Below are positions 50,686 through 62,600 of a DNA stretch of 64,000 bases, piece by piece. The DNA is taken from the NCBI GenBank assembly GCA_001643675.2, contig LSRY02000001.1, positions 1,426,001 to 1,490,000 of the forward strand. Reading direction: 5' to 3'. Position 1 is the stretch's first letter. Each line of letters starts with the position of its first letter. The notes beneath the pieces are model-generated. The model saw only the letters and a program-made list of their open reading frames with translations, did not search any database and was not told the origin of the DNA. This stretch comes from Monocercomonoides exilis PA203. Its lineage: Eukaryota > Protista > Preaxostyla. The translations under genes and the position numbers were made by a program.

Positions 50686-52182
50686 TATGCGATATCTATA
50701 TTGAATTTTTGTCTATAAAAACACAAAAGTCATAACTGCAACAATAATCATCTCTATCTTTCTTTCACATCAAGCTATGTCTTTTGATTCAATGAAATGA
50801 AAAAAAATATTTCAACTTAAGTTTTATTTTCGAATTCATAAAAAGCGAGTTGGCACTGATAATCAGAATATAGAAAATGTGACATTCAATGAATCGAATC
50901 TATAGGATTCGCCTTTTCAAATTCTTCAAAACGTTTCATTAGACATATTTTAGTTAGAATCAATAAATTCAAATATGTTAACTCAATTTCGATTACCTTC
51001 AACTTATCCAAATTTGCTAAATCTAATTCGAATTCTTTTAAACTTTTTTTTGGTTAAAAGGGCAATTTTATGATCAACACAAAATGATCGCATGTTTTTG
51101 TTTTTGTGCATTTTTCACTAACTTTGAATGATAACTGAACAAAAGATTATGGCTCATCATTAAAAAGAAATGTGTGTGATCAATCTTTAAAAATTATTGA
51201 GTTTTTTCTGTCAATTTTTCTTAATTGTGACTTTTTTTATTATTGATGTATTCTCTTTCACATGCACAAGCTTTGCATATTGTAATATGTTTTGAATGTT
51301 CCATTTTAGCTTTAAAAAAGATTCAAATTGTATTTTTTTAAATTTTTTTTCATTTTGCAATATTTTCATTTCAACTTCAAATTTTATTGGCTATGAAATA
51401 ATAAAGAATGAAAATGAAGTTTAAGTTTAAATAATTTTTTCTGAAAAATTAAACAAAAGAAAAAATCTTAAAATTCTAAAAATTCTTTTTCATTTTTTTA
51501 AAAAGAGAGAAATGAGAGAGAAAATTGGTGAATGTTTATTAAGACAAATGATAATGATGATAATGGCCTTCATGTGGTTATTTGAATATAGTGATTGTTA
51601 TTTTGTTTGACTATGACTTTCATTTGATGAGAAAGAAGAAGATCGTGAACGAGATAAGTTTGAATCCGAAGATTGAGAAGAATCTGATTGTTGAGAAAAT
51701 AAATGATGAGTTGAACTTAATTGCAAAGACGAAATTGGAGTATTTGACTATGGTTGAGTGGAAATTGTCGTTTCATTCAGTGATGCTTGAGAAGAATATT
51801 GTGTATTTATTAGGGGCAAAGGGGAATACAATGAAAATTGATTGGATGAAGTCGACTTCCGCAGACGAGTTGATTCCCATTGATCAGGAAGAAACCAAGA
51901 AAAAGGGCAACTTCTTGTATCATCATTTATTCTTTCAATTTCTTTCAACTTATCTTCATTTCTTTCAGAATCGTTGAGATTGATGTTGTTTCTTTTTTCT
52001 TTTTCTTTTTTTATTCATAAGTTGTATCATCATCTATTTCTATTTCTTCTCTTTCTACAAAATCCAATAATGAATGTTTTTGTTTTTTCTCTTGATCTGA
52101 ATGCTTTGAAAACAGTTTACAGAATGGGTCGTCTGATTCTGTTGATTCTTCTCAAAATGATTAATAATGGAAATATGAAAGT

Positions 52183-53344
52183 TTAAAATGTTCTTTTCAT
52201 GCTCAAAAGAACAATATGGGTGTAACAACAAAAACAAACCAATTCTTTGGATTGACTTTGAATACTCAAAAGTTGAATTTTCATTTGCAAGATTAAGTTT
52301 TTTTTCTTTGTCTTTCTATATACTGCTCGTTCGCTTTCTTTTTCGCTTCCTTTTTTTGATAAAATTGAGTGTGAAGTTCGTAAATAATCAACTCGTTTGC
52401 TTCGCAATCTGATTTCGTTAAAGGATTGTGTAAAATGTGAAAATTGGTTAAACAAACTGAAACAATAAATAAAAAAAAAAAATGTTTTAATATCCATAGG
52501 CCAATTCCTTCTGAACACAGTAAATAAAGTCTTTAATCGTCCAAAAAACCTTTCCACAATAACCCTGTGCTTCGATAAATATGGTGTTCCATGTGGTTTT
52601 GTAATAATAGCTCCTAATTCTGCTTTAGCTCCCATATAGGCAGAGTCTGCCATGATTTTGGAACATTTGAGATGTTTAGAGAAGGTTGGATAGTGATTTT
52701 TGAATATTTCATAATCATGAACGCTTCTGGGGTAAAAATTACTGATTGTGCTTGCTAATCCGTTCTTTGGATTGACTCCAATTTCAACTTTAACACAGTA
52801 AGAATGATGTTTTCCACGAAAAAAATTTCATTCCATCTGCCAATTTTCCACTTGGCCTGCAAATAGGCACAATTGTGCAATCCATAATTAGACCAACCTC
52901 TTGCAACTCTTTAATTTTATCTTTACGAAAAATCAAAAGTAAATTTACAAGTGTATCTTTTATGTTTCCAACAATGCTGTGTAATAACTGCGTAACTGAG
53001 CTATGTGATTTGTAAAATGGATAAGTCAAAAGTTCTGTCATTGATGTTGAGCCCAAATGAAGGAAATTGAGTATAATAAAAAGTTGTTCGTCAATATTTT
53101 GAATTGCCTTTTGCTTTCCACGATGATGAGGTAATTCGTAATCAAGAAGAAGAAGCAACATATCAAATTCTGTTCTTTTGAAACCTGTCAAGCTGAAAAA
53201 TCCGTGAATTGGATCTTCGCTTTTTTGACAAGCTTTTTCAATTAAAAAATTTTTTTTCTCTTCTGGAGTTATTGGCATATGCGTTGGAAGCGTTATTCTT
53301 TTTTCTGCACCCTCAAGACCTTCCAAAAAATTCAATCGTTCCAT
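52183..53344 (-). mobile_element. PIF/Harbinger/ISL2EU-type (DDE_Tnp_4-like) transposase with two frameshifts
   Basis: FFSLTGF, EQLFIILNFL helix region, IMDCT (D), SVHD, MADSAY (D), RVIVERFFGRLK (E), and CLTNFH..NPL in a shifted frame. Element ends not found. Confidence 0.85.
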
Positions 53345-53682
53345 GACAAATATTTATTTGCATAATTTCAATTGATCTTACACCATTTTTTGTTCAATCA
53401 TCTTTATGATCGACGAACCAGTATTTAAAGTTTTGAAATTGATTGAGTCATTTTGAAAAAGAATTTGTTTTATCGTATTTTTTATCAAACTTATTTCAAT
53501 TTAGTTCCACTTTTTCTAATTAAAAAAATATATTTAAAATAGGTCTATTCATTGTTATTATCTCATAAAAAAATAATCAATATTTAAAATACTGAATCCG
53601 TATCCACATGCTTTTAATTCTCATATATTTGTGAAAATTTCTTTTTCCTTTGTGAAGTTTTTTGATCGAATGTGGCACAAAT

Positions 53683-54971
53683 GGTACAATCCCAATAGGC
53701 GGACATAACCCATTATTAAATATGGAAAATTCAAATAAAAAATTAGAAATATCCAAATTGAGCCAAACCTTCAACGATGAAGATAAAACCGTTGATTTTC
53801 TTGTGGAAAGGAATCTGGTTAAGAAGCAAATTTACTGTGGCAAATGCAAAAAGATGATTGGATTCAAAAAAGAAGCAGATGAAAGATTTCGCTACCGTTG
53901 CCAACACCAATCAGTCAGCATAAGGAAAAATACAGTTTTTGAAAAAATCCGAATAAAAATGCATCAATTTATGAAACTGTCACTGTACTTTTGGATAAAC
54001 ATTACAGCAAAACAGGCAACTTTACTTACAAATCTATCCAAAAACACGGTCTGCCACATTTATTTTCTTTTTAGGAGAGCCGTATCTCGGGAAATGCAGA
54101 TTATGAAGAGAAGGATTGGTGGAATCAACAGAATAGTTCAAATTGATGAGATGCTTTTATTTCGCAGAAAATATAAAAAAGGAAGAAAAAAACCTCAGCA
54201 GTGGGTTTTCGGAGGTATTGACGTCCCTCAAACAGGAAAAGGAAAAAGCAATATGTTTATGGAAATGGTTCCAGATAGAAAAAAGCACACTTAACATTCT
54301 TCGGTGAGAAGAAATATTAAATTAGGTTCAATAATTAACAATGACAGCTGGCGGGCCTACAATGGAATGGAAAATCTTGGTTACACACATAGAATGGTCA
54401 ATCACAAAAAGACATTTATTAATAAAGAAACAAACACACACACCAACCGCATAGAAGGTCTCTGGTCCTTGTTTCGTAAAAGCTTACCACCACATGGAGT
54501 CAGACATTCAGTAATTCAATCACACATGGATTCTTTCGCTAACAAAACGCAAGAAAACAGTACTTATTACACCTTTTTGGATACCTTGGCTGTCAATAAT
54601 ATTTATGAACAAATGGAAGTTTGAATTTTTAATTTTTTTTTTCAATTAACTTTTTTTTCTTTTTTCAGATGAAATAAAAAATATCGATGAATCAGAATGC
54701 CACAAGTTGAAGCACATAACATACCAAGTTATTGTTTTCTATTTGTTCATTTTTCTATCCATTCAGTGTTATTCTTTATTAATTTTTAATGAGCAAACAA
54801 TAAAAAAATATTATTGACTTTTTTTTAATTTTCTAAATACAGCACCCACCAGCACTTTTCATTTTAAACATGTCTTCAACAAAAAGACATGATTCTTATA
54901 TTTGAATCAATTTCTTTTTTCTTTTTTCACATTAAAAATTATGGGTTATGTCCGCCAATTGGGATTGTACC
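53683..54971 (+). mobile_element. Complete Merlin (IS1016/IS1595-related) DNA transposon, 1289 bp
   Basis: 31-bp TIRs ggtacaatcccaat(a/t)ggcggacataacccat with one mismatch; perfect 8-bp TSD gcacaaat at 53675-53682 and 54972-54979. Confidence 0.97.
53722..54624 (+). pseudogene. Merlin transposase with one in-frame stop
   Basis: CGKC..YRC zinc ribbon, VQIDE, RKYKKGR, QWVFGG, VPDR, SIINNDSWRAY, HRMVNH, HTNRIEGLW. A TAA at 54292-54294 separates two in-frame ORFs. Confidence 0.93.
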
Positions 54972-55045
54972 GCACAAATTATTCAACAAAAAATAAAAAA
55001 CGGTTACGATCAATATTGGAGTTAATTTGATTAAAAATACGTGCT

Positions 55046-58012
55046 ATGATTTGGGTTGTGTGCATACTTTGCTATTTGTGCAATAGTAATTTCGTAGGAG
55101 GGCATAAAAGTCAAGCAAACAATTCCAATCAAGAAAAAGAAGAAGCACTACACAAAGAGAATATTATCAGCGTTTTTGAAAGAATTGATCAACCGAGACA
55201 AGATTTCACAACAGCAGAACAAGAGAAAAATGAAATCGTTGAAGAAGAGGACGATTGCGCAGCAGAGAAAAATGAAAGGGAGCTCGAAGAAGTTGCAAAT
55301 AAAAACATCATATTTGAAATGGAAGAATCCTCAGAGGTGCATGACAAAATTGCCAAAAAAGAAATGATGCATAATGAGGAAAATGAAGTGGACGTGGATG
55401 GAGAAAATGGAGTTGATAGCGAAGAATGCGGTCAAAATGGAAAAGTCCCATGCAAAACAATAAAGAAGGCAGTGGAACATTGCAAGCCAAAAAGCACGCT
55501 TACAATTTACACTGCAGAAAGTTGCAATAAATATGACTTTGAGCCAATAACTATTGAAGGATGCGAAATCAAAATATCGATCAGAGAGGGAACAAAAAAC
55601 CGAATTACAACAGCTTTAGATGAAAATAGAGTACAAAAAGGGGATGCATTGTTTAATGTAAAAGACGAGGGGCACTTTCACATGTATAGAACAGACATAT
55701 TCGTGGACACAAAGCGAGAAAGTGGAAGAAATCAGGGATTAATTGCAGTAGAAGGAGAAGGATCAGAGATGGAAATGGACACAATGGATATTTGTAATAT
55801 AGGCTCTGAGAACGTGCTGAACTGTGTGCTGATTCAATGCAAATTAGGAGGATTGAATCTTCAAAAAGTCAAGATCTCTCAGTTTAACTCCTTTTATGCG
55901 TTGATATTTGCTGAAGCTTCTCAAAAAGTTTATGGGTATTATTTAACTTTGGAAGCAATTTCCACACTTAGCAAAACTCAGTCAGTAATCACAGTACTGG
56001 GGGAGTGTCGATCAACACATTTTGATAATTGCAATATTTCAAATTGCCAATCGACAGAGCACAAAATTGGAGGAGCAGTTTATTTGGAAATCTGGAATAA
56101 AGAACATTCTTATTCATTTGACAACTGCCGATTCTCGAATTGTTCGTGCAAAAGTGCAAATGAAAATGAAGTGAAAAGAAATGGGCAGCAAAATGAAGAG
56201 TCGAAAGGAGGAGCAATATATATCCGAGTGGAGGATGGAGCAACTGGAAAATTGAAGTTATCATTAAAAGGGATGACAATTTCGGAATGTACAGCAGACA
56301 AAGCTGAATTTATTTTCTTGTCTCTTCCAGCAGGAAGAGAGCAGATTGACGAAAATGAATTTTGTTTCGAGATGGAAGGGATATATGGGAAGTCAAATTA
56401 CTTATTGCTTGAAGATAGGAAAGAAGGGAGAACAATCGATCTTCTGACAGACAAAGAGAATGGATTACCATATTATTCTGCAAATGTTCATGTGGGAGGT
56501 GACAAAGCAAGCAACGAGAAATCATGCGGACGAAAAGAAGAACCGTGCGATATGATCAGCACAGCCATCAAACACAATCTAAGATATAATTATTTGACAC
56601 TGAATATCATTGAAAGGGTGCCTGTCAATGAACCATTGTTGGGTTTTCAGCATGTAAGAATTTCATCTTTATCAGATTCTTTTTCAGTACCATCCACAAT
56701 AACTGATCAGAATAGAGGAACACTTCGAATTGGAGCAAATTTGAAGGCTGAAGAATCAATTGCAGTATTTGGAGAAAGAAACACTCACATTACGCTTAAA
56801 CATTTTGATATTGAATATCCAGATGCAATTGAAGGAGACGCGCTCAATTTAATTCATGGATCATATGGACTGACTATCACTGATGTTGTCTTTAGACCAT
56901 GGTACACTGGATTAGTGGGAGAAAATGTTCTTGGAGGAGAAGGAAAGCTTCTTCCATATAAATTGATTAAGTGCAACGAAATGAGAGGAAATATTACACA
57001 GCTTACCATTTATGGGAGAAATAGAAACATCACAAGAAAAAATCAACACACAAGCCATGAAGCTAACGAGAGACCGTCGGTAATGGAAGGCAATCTCGAA
57101 AAGGAGAGAATCGATCAAATGAATGAAGAGGATAAACCATTGTGCTCTTGGGATTCGGGCCTAATTTTTCTGAATTTTTCGATTATGATAGAAGTTTATG
57201 ACAGTAAATTTGTTGATATTAGCGACGGTGTTTTCTATTCATTGATATCGAGTTTGAATCTCTATAATTGCAGCTTTGTGAACAATCATCCAGTTGACCG
57301 GGATTGGGAAAAATATCCATCATTGCGCCACAACATTCGATTCGATGGAGATGAGGGTTATGGGACTAGTATACACTCATTGATGCCTGGAAGTGATGGA
57401 TTGGATGGAAAGCCCTTTGGAATGCAATCAAACAGAAAGGCAGGTGGAACAGCAGTTGAGAACATGGATTCGTATTTCTTTTCGCCCATTTTGAAGAACA
57501 TAACAATGAAAAGAGATGAAACGAGAAATAAGAATGAGCAACAAAGTGAAAATGAAAATGAGAAAGAAATTGAGGCAGTTGTGCATGGATCGTATCTATT
57601 TCCTTGTGGACTGACGTTAGAAGCGTCCAAAAAAAAGAAAGGAGAAGAGATGAAATGGACAAATTGCCCAGTTTCGGAATATTCAAATGAGACAGAAATG
57701 AAAGTGAGGATTCCTCCATCCTTGCTTGATGTGGATGAGTACACATCAGTCGTCTGCCGCTTGACATATCCGAGTGGAGTTATTAATGGAGAAAACAAGC
57801 ATTCAGTAAATGTGATTTTGGTGAAACAAAAGAAAGATGATTCAAACGAAAAAGATCAAAAGAAATTGACAAAAGCACAAGTTGTAGCAATCGTTGCCTC
57901 TACAAGCGTTTTTGCAGTTGTAGCCGTGGCGATTGTAATTGTGACAGTTGTGTGTGTAGTCAGAATCAAAAAGCGAAGGCAATACACATCAATCGTTGAT
58001 TCTAAAATTTAA
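55046..58012 (+). CDS. Intronless type-I surface protein (988 aa), same family as 1407-9155, short cytoplasmic tail
   Basis: Signal peptide, CGQNGKVPCKTI and CGRKEEPCDMI modules, GGAVY/GGAIY repeats, TM near the C-terminus, tail KKRRQYTSIVDSKI. Confidence 0.9.
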   Translation: MIWVVCILCYLCNSNFVGGHKSQANNSNQEKEEALHKENIISVFERIDQPRQDFTTAEQEKNEIVEEEDDCAAEKNERELEEVANKNIIFEMEESSEVHDKIAKKEMMHNEENEVDVDGENGVDSEECGQNGKVPCKTIKKAVEHCKPKSTLTIYTAESCNKYDFEPITIEGCEIKISIREGTKNRITTALDENRVQKGDALFNVKDEGHFHMYRTDIFVDTKRESGRNQGLIAVEGEGSEMEMDTMDICNIGSENVLNCVLIQCKLGGLNLQKVKISQFNSFYALIFAEASQKVYGYYLTLEAISTLSKTQSVITVLGECRSTHFDNCNISNCQSTEHKIGGAVYLEIWNKEHSYSFDNCRFSNCSCKSANENEVKRNGQQNEESKGGAIYIRVEDGATGKLKLSLKGMTISECTADKAEFIFLSLPAGREQIDENEFCFEMEGIYGKSNYLLLEDRKEGRTIDLLTDKENGLPYYSANVHVGGDKASNEKSCGRKEEPCDMISTAIKHNLRYNYLTLNIIERVPVNEPLLGFQHVRISSLSDSFSVPSTITDQNRGTLRIGANLKAEESIAVFGERNTHITLKHFDIEYPDAIEGDALNLIHGSYGLTITDVVFRPWYTGLVGENVLGGEGKLLPYKLIKCNEMRGNITQLTIYGRNRNITRKNQHTSHEANERPSVMEGNLEKERIDQMNEEDKPLCSWDSGLIFLNFSIMIEVYDSKFVDISDGVFYSLISSLNLYNCSFVNNHPVDRDWEKYPSLRHNIRFDGDEGYGTSIHSLMPGSDGLDGKPFGMQSNRKAGGTAVENMDSYFFSPILKNITMKRDETRNKNEQQSENENEKEIEAVVHGSYLFPCGLTLEASKKKKGEEMKWTNCPVSEYSNETEMKVRIPPSLLDVDEYTSVVCRLTYPSGVINGENKHSVNVILVKQKKDDSNEKDQKKLTKAQVVAIVASTSVFAVVAVAIVIVTVVCVVRIKKRRQYTSIVDSKI

Positions 58013-58622
58013 AAAGATCAAAAAAAGAATTATCGAATATCTTTTCGATAATTTTTAGAGATTTTCATATTTTTATTTCAATTAGAGAATTTTGTTTGTG
58101 TATTTTATTTCGAATTTCATTCAAAAATGAGAAAGTTTGAAACATAATTTCTTCTAACAAAAAAAGTTGATTTTCGTGAAAAAAAAAAAAAAGACATTTG
58201 TGTTAAGTTTGTTATTTATAATTTGAATGACTGTTTTTGAAATACTCTGTTATTTGAAGTAATCCAACTTCATTCATTTAATTACACATTTTTTCACAAT
58301 CAAAAATTCAAAATCAAATAAAAGAAAGCCAATCAAAAATTACAAAATAATAACGCATTTTCAAAAAAGGAAATTAAATGTTTGTTATTATTAATATCAA
58401 TTTGGAAAATATTTTTATATTCAACAGCCACTTGTTGTGGAAGAATTTATGTGATATTTATGTGAATTTTGCAAATAAAAAGAATGTGCATTTCTTTAAT
58501 ATTCTATTGCTTTTGTCATTTTATAACGTTCACAATCAACTGATTGTAAATATTCATGCAAAACATTGGCGATTTTTTTAAAAAAAAAAATTGATTGAAA
58601 AATTGATTCTGGGCTTGATCAA

Positions 58623-59342
58623 ATGGATTCTCTTTTTGAAGCTAACGGTGTTTTTCAATACATTGGACGTAATCTCGGATGCTGCTGTGAAGAAGACTGT
58701 GACTGTGATGTATATTGTGCACCATCACCAATAGGCGGACAATGCGCGAACTGCGGACATCATCCTTTATCTCATTGTCGTCTTTGCGATAAATGTCAAG
58801 ATCCAATTCTTGATGAGAAATCTGCATATCATCTATGCTGTTTGGATCTCTTGTGTGAAAAATGCGAAGCGTCTTATAGTATGAATTTTTCTTTTTTTCT
58901 TTTAAAATTGTGCATTTTATTCGATTCTGAATATTTTAGAGCCAGATGAAGATATTATTTGTCCTCGTTGCTCATGCCTAACACCAAGAAAGCCATTTGT
59001 TATTTCAGAAACAGATAAGCCAAAAGAGAAACCACAAACTTTGGAAGATCATTTTCAAACTGCTGTCGCTCGTGTTGCTCTTCTAGAAAAACAACCTTCG
59101 ACAGATATAATGCTTCAACTTTACAGTCTCTTTAAACAACAAAGTACTGGAGATTGCACTGGAAAGAGGCCTGGAATGACTGACATTAAAGCAAGAGCAA
59201 AATATGATGCATGGAATTCTCGAAAAGGCATGAACATCAAATTTATCTTTTTCTTTATTAATTTTTTAAATATTGAATAGGCATGACAAAAGAAGAAGCT
59301 ATGAAAGAATACATCAAAGTTGTTGATTCGCTGATGAAGTGA
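58623..59342 (+). CDS. Acyl-CoA-binding protein fused C-terminal to a Cys/His zinc-binding motif and a RING-like domain (2 introns)
   Basis: Exons 58623-58878, 58940-59227 and 59281-59342 join in frame. ACBP motifs LQLYSLFKQ..GDC..KRPG..D..RAKYDAW...KGMTKEEAMKEYI. Confidence 0.85.
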
Positions 59343-59647
59343 AACACTTCAACGTTGGATTAATGATTTTCATCGTTCCACCGCTATGAAGCGATTTATT
59401 CTCACAGATTTTGTGCTTGTTGACGGAAAGTTGAAACCAGTCATTTCGCAATTGTTTCGATTGAAAGAGAGACAATTCATCTTTGAAATAAAATCAAACT
59501 ATATTCATTTCAAATTTTTTGTTAATATGAAAGTCTGTTTTCATTTCTTGTTTTTTCATTTCATTTGTGCATATTTGAAAACGAAAGATATATCCCAAAA
59601 TAATGTCCAAATCATTATTCACAGATTAAATAAAACATTTTTTTGAT

Positions 59648-62600
59648 ATGAGCGATCCTTTTAAAAGAAGAAATGAATTTCAGCAATTTGCAAGGCCAAG
59701 AGGAAATATTGATCATGACGAAACAAAATCATTAAGTTTAAACTTCAAAAATTCTCGGAATAATTTTATTATTTTTGATCAAAAACATCAAATTAGCTTT
59801 CCAATGGATTGATACAGACTATACCGTTTTACAAGAGCCTTTGCCAGACATGCCTGGTTCATGCGTTGGACAAGTATTTCTTCTTTGTTGGAATGAAAAT
59901 TAAATTATCACTTATCAATTGAATTGAAATTAGGTTCCATGCATCAGATTTTATGGAATCACAGAAGAAGGAACTTCTGTGCTTGTGAATTGTCATGGCT
60001 TTACTCCATATTTGTACATCCAAGTGTGCAAAAAATTTCATTTTAATTATGATTCAAATTCACATGTTAAATATAGGAACCTCCGAATTTCACATCTGAA
60101 CATATAAAAGCATTGACTGCAGCTCTGAATAATCATGTTTGTGAAAATTTCAAATTGAATGAGACGACATTTTTATGCAACATTAATTGTTTCAAGGCTC
60201 CTGTGCATTCAATACACAGAACTCAAAAGATGAGTATTTATAATTATCATGATAAATTGGCGAATTTTCTAAAAATATTTGTCCAGCTTCCTTGGCACAT
60301 TCCAGTTATTCGACGTATGATTCTCAATGCTTTATCACTCTTCATTATTTCGTGAATTGAATTATCAGAGGCTTTGAAAGCAGGAGTTGTTATTGAAGGA
60401 TACGGACAGAGGGCATTTCAAACATACGAATCAAACATTGATTTCGTCCTTCGACATTTGTTCGATACAAAAGCAGTTGGCTGCAGCTGGGTCGAACTGC
60501 CCGCAAACGAATACAAGCTCAGAGGAAACGATTCATCAAGTCCTTCGCAAATGAAGCCTTCGAGCACTTGCCATTTAGAAGCTGACATCGCGTGTGCACT
60601 GCATTTGTCCCTCCAAAATATATTCTCAATTAACGAATCTTTTATCTCTAATTTTCTTTTTATATTTTTCAATTGGACTTATCACGCTTTCGAATATTTT
60701 TTGCTTGCCATTCAACAACATCAGATTCCACAAACTTATTTTCCATCCACCTGACGGTAAATACATGGCAATTGCACCTTTTCGTGTGTTATCATTCGAT
60801 ATTGAATGTGTTGCCTCCCAAAAAGGAACTTTTCCACAGCCAGAAAAAGACAAAGTCATCCAAATATGCGCAACTGTTGCTGTTTATGGTTTATTTTGCA
60901 TTTTCTTTCTTTTTTGCTTGTCGAAGAGATTCTGAATAATTTTCTCATTTTCTTAAAAAAATTGACTCGCATGTTAAATACATTGTGTGTTTATGTGAAC
61001 AATTCATCCTTCATTTTGTCTTTGCACACAGGCAAAGTCGAGCCGCTGTTCCGCATTGCCCTTGTGCTCAACACCTGCACGCCAATCATCGGGGCGCATG
61101 TCTTTTCTTATGCGACAGAAGAGGAGCTGCTGAATGCGTGGGCAGACCTCGTCACCATCATCGACCCTGACATTCTGACGGGTTACAACATCATGAACTT
61201 CGATATACCTTATTTGTACAAGCGTGCCACAGCACTCAAATGCACTGGCTCGCACAAAATAGGCAGAATCATCAACTCTCCAATGACTGTGTGTAATTTA
61301 TAACTTGTTTCAGCTCGTTATAAACCTTACACAAATGAAAAACTAATTTCATTTTTTTTTTACTCGATGCGTGCTCGTGTATTCTCTTTGTATTTTTGAA
61401 TTATCTATTTCTTTTTCAGGTAAAATTGACTAGTTTTCAGAGCAAACAGAAAGGACATCGCGAAATCCACGACATCTCAATCGACGGGCGGGTGATGATT
61501 GACATGCTGACGGTGATGCAGAACGACTACCGCCTCTCGTCATACTCGCTGAACTCTGTCTCTCAGAAGTTCCTGGGCGAGCAGAAGGAAGATGTACACT
61601 GGGCAATAATAGGCGACCTGTTTGAGAAGGACGCAGAGTCGAGGCAGCGGCTGGCTGTGTATTGTCTGAAGGACTCGCTGCTGCCCTGGCGGCTGATGAC
61701 GAAGCTGATGGTGATTGTCAACTTTGTGGAGATGGCGCGGGTGACAGGAATGCCGATGAGCTACATGTCCACACGAGGGCAGCAGATTCGCGTGGTGTCT
61801 CTTCTGTACAGAAAAGATGCTGAGCACAACATGGTTATTCCTTTCTTGGACAACGGAGGCTCTGGAGAAAAGTTCAAAGGAGGAGAAGTTATCAGTCCAA
61901 TAAAAGGGTATTATGACGATCCTGTTGTGACACTGGATTTCTCGTCGCTGTATCCATCCATTATGATCTGCCACAACTTGTGCTATTCCACCCTCTTGCG
62001 CCCTGAGCAGATGTGTTTGATGAGCCCAGATGAATACATTAAAACCCCGTCAGGCAACTTCTTTGTGAAGGCATCTGTTAAAAGAGGGGTTCTTCCAATT
62101 GTTCTTGAAGACTTGTTGAAGGCGCGTTCGAAGGCGAAGAAGGAGATGAAGGAGGCATCTGACCCGTTCAACGCTGCTGTTCTGAATGGGCGGCAGCTGG
62201 CGATGAAGATAATGGCGAATAGCGTTTATGGCTTCACTGGAGCACAGGCAGGAAAGCTTCCTTGTTTGGAGATCTCGCGGAGTGTGACAGCGTTTGGACG
62301 AGAAATGATTCTGAAGACGAAGAACATTGTGGAGACTCATTATGTGAAGGCGAACGGGTTTGAGAATGATGCTGTTGTGGTGTATGGAGATACAGATTCA
62401 GTTATGGTGAAGTTTGGGATGAAAGACTTGCACACTGCAATGGAGAGAGGGAGAGAGGCAGCAGCGTTCATCACATCGCAGTTTGCTCCGCCTGTCAAAT
62501 TGGAGTTTGAGAAGGTATATTGGCCGTATCTGCTGATGTCGAAGAAGCGATATGCGGGGCTGTTCTGGACGAAAGAGGATAAATTTGACAAGATTGACAC

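Noticed and set aside
51000-53680. Terminal inverted repeats and TSD for the Harbinger-type element
   Set aside because: No convincing inverted pair found by eye.
10330-54624. Alternative genetic code (TAA/TAG = Gln, as in some oxymonads) explaining the in-frame stops
   Set aside because: Conserved genes end at the expected positions with TAA/TAG (ATG3 TAA, POLD1 TAG), multi-kb ORFs have no internal TAR, and the Merlin TAA replaces an expected Leu.
20872-59342. ATG3 + SEC22 + ACBP as a secretory-autophagy gene cluster
   Set aside because: They are 10-27 kb apart with unrelated genes between; most likely chance.
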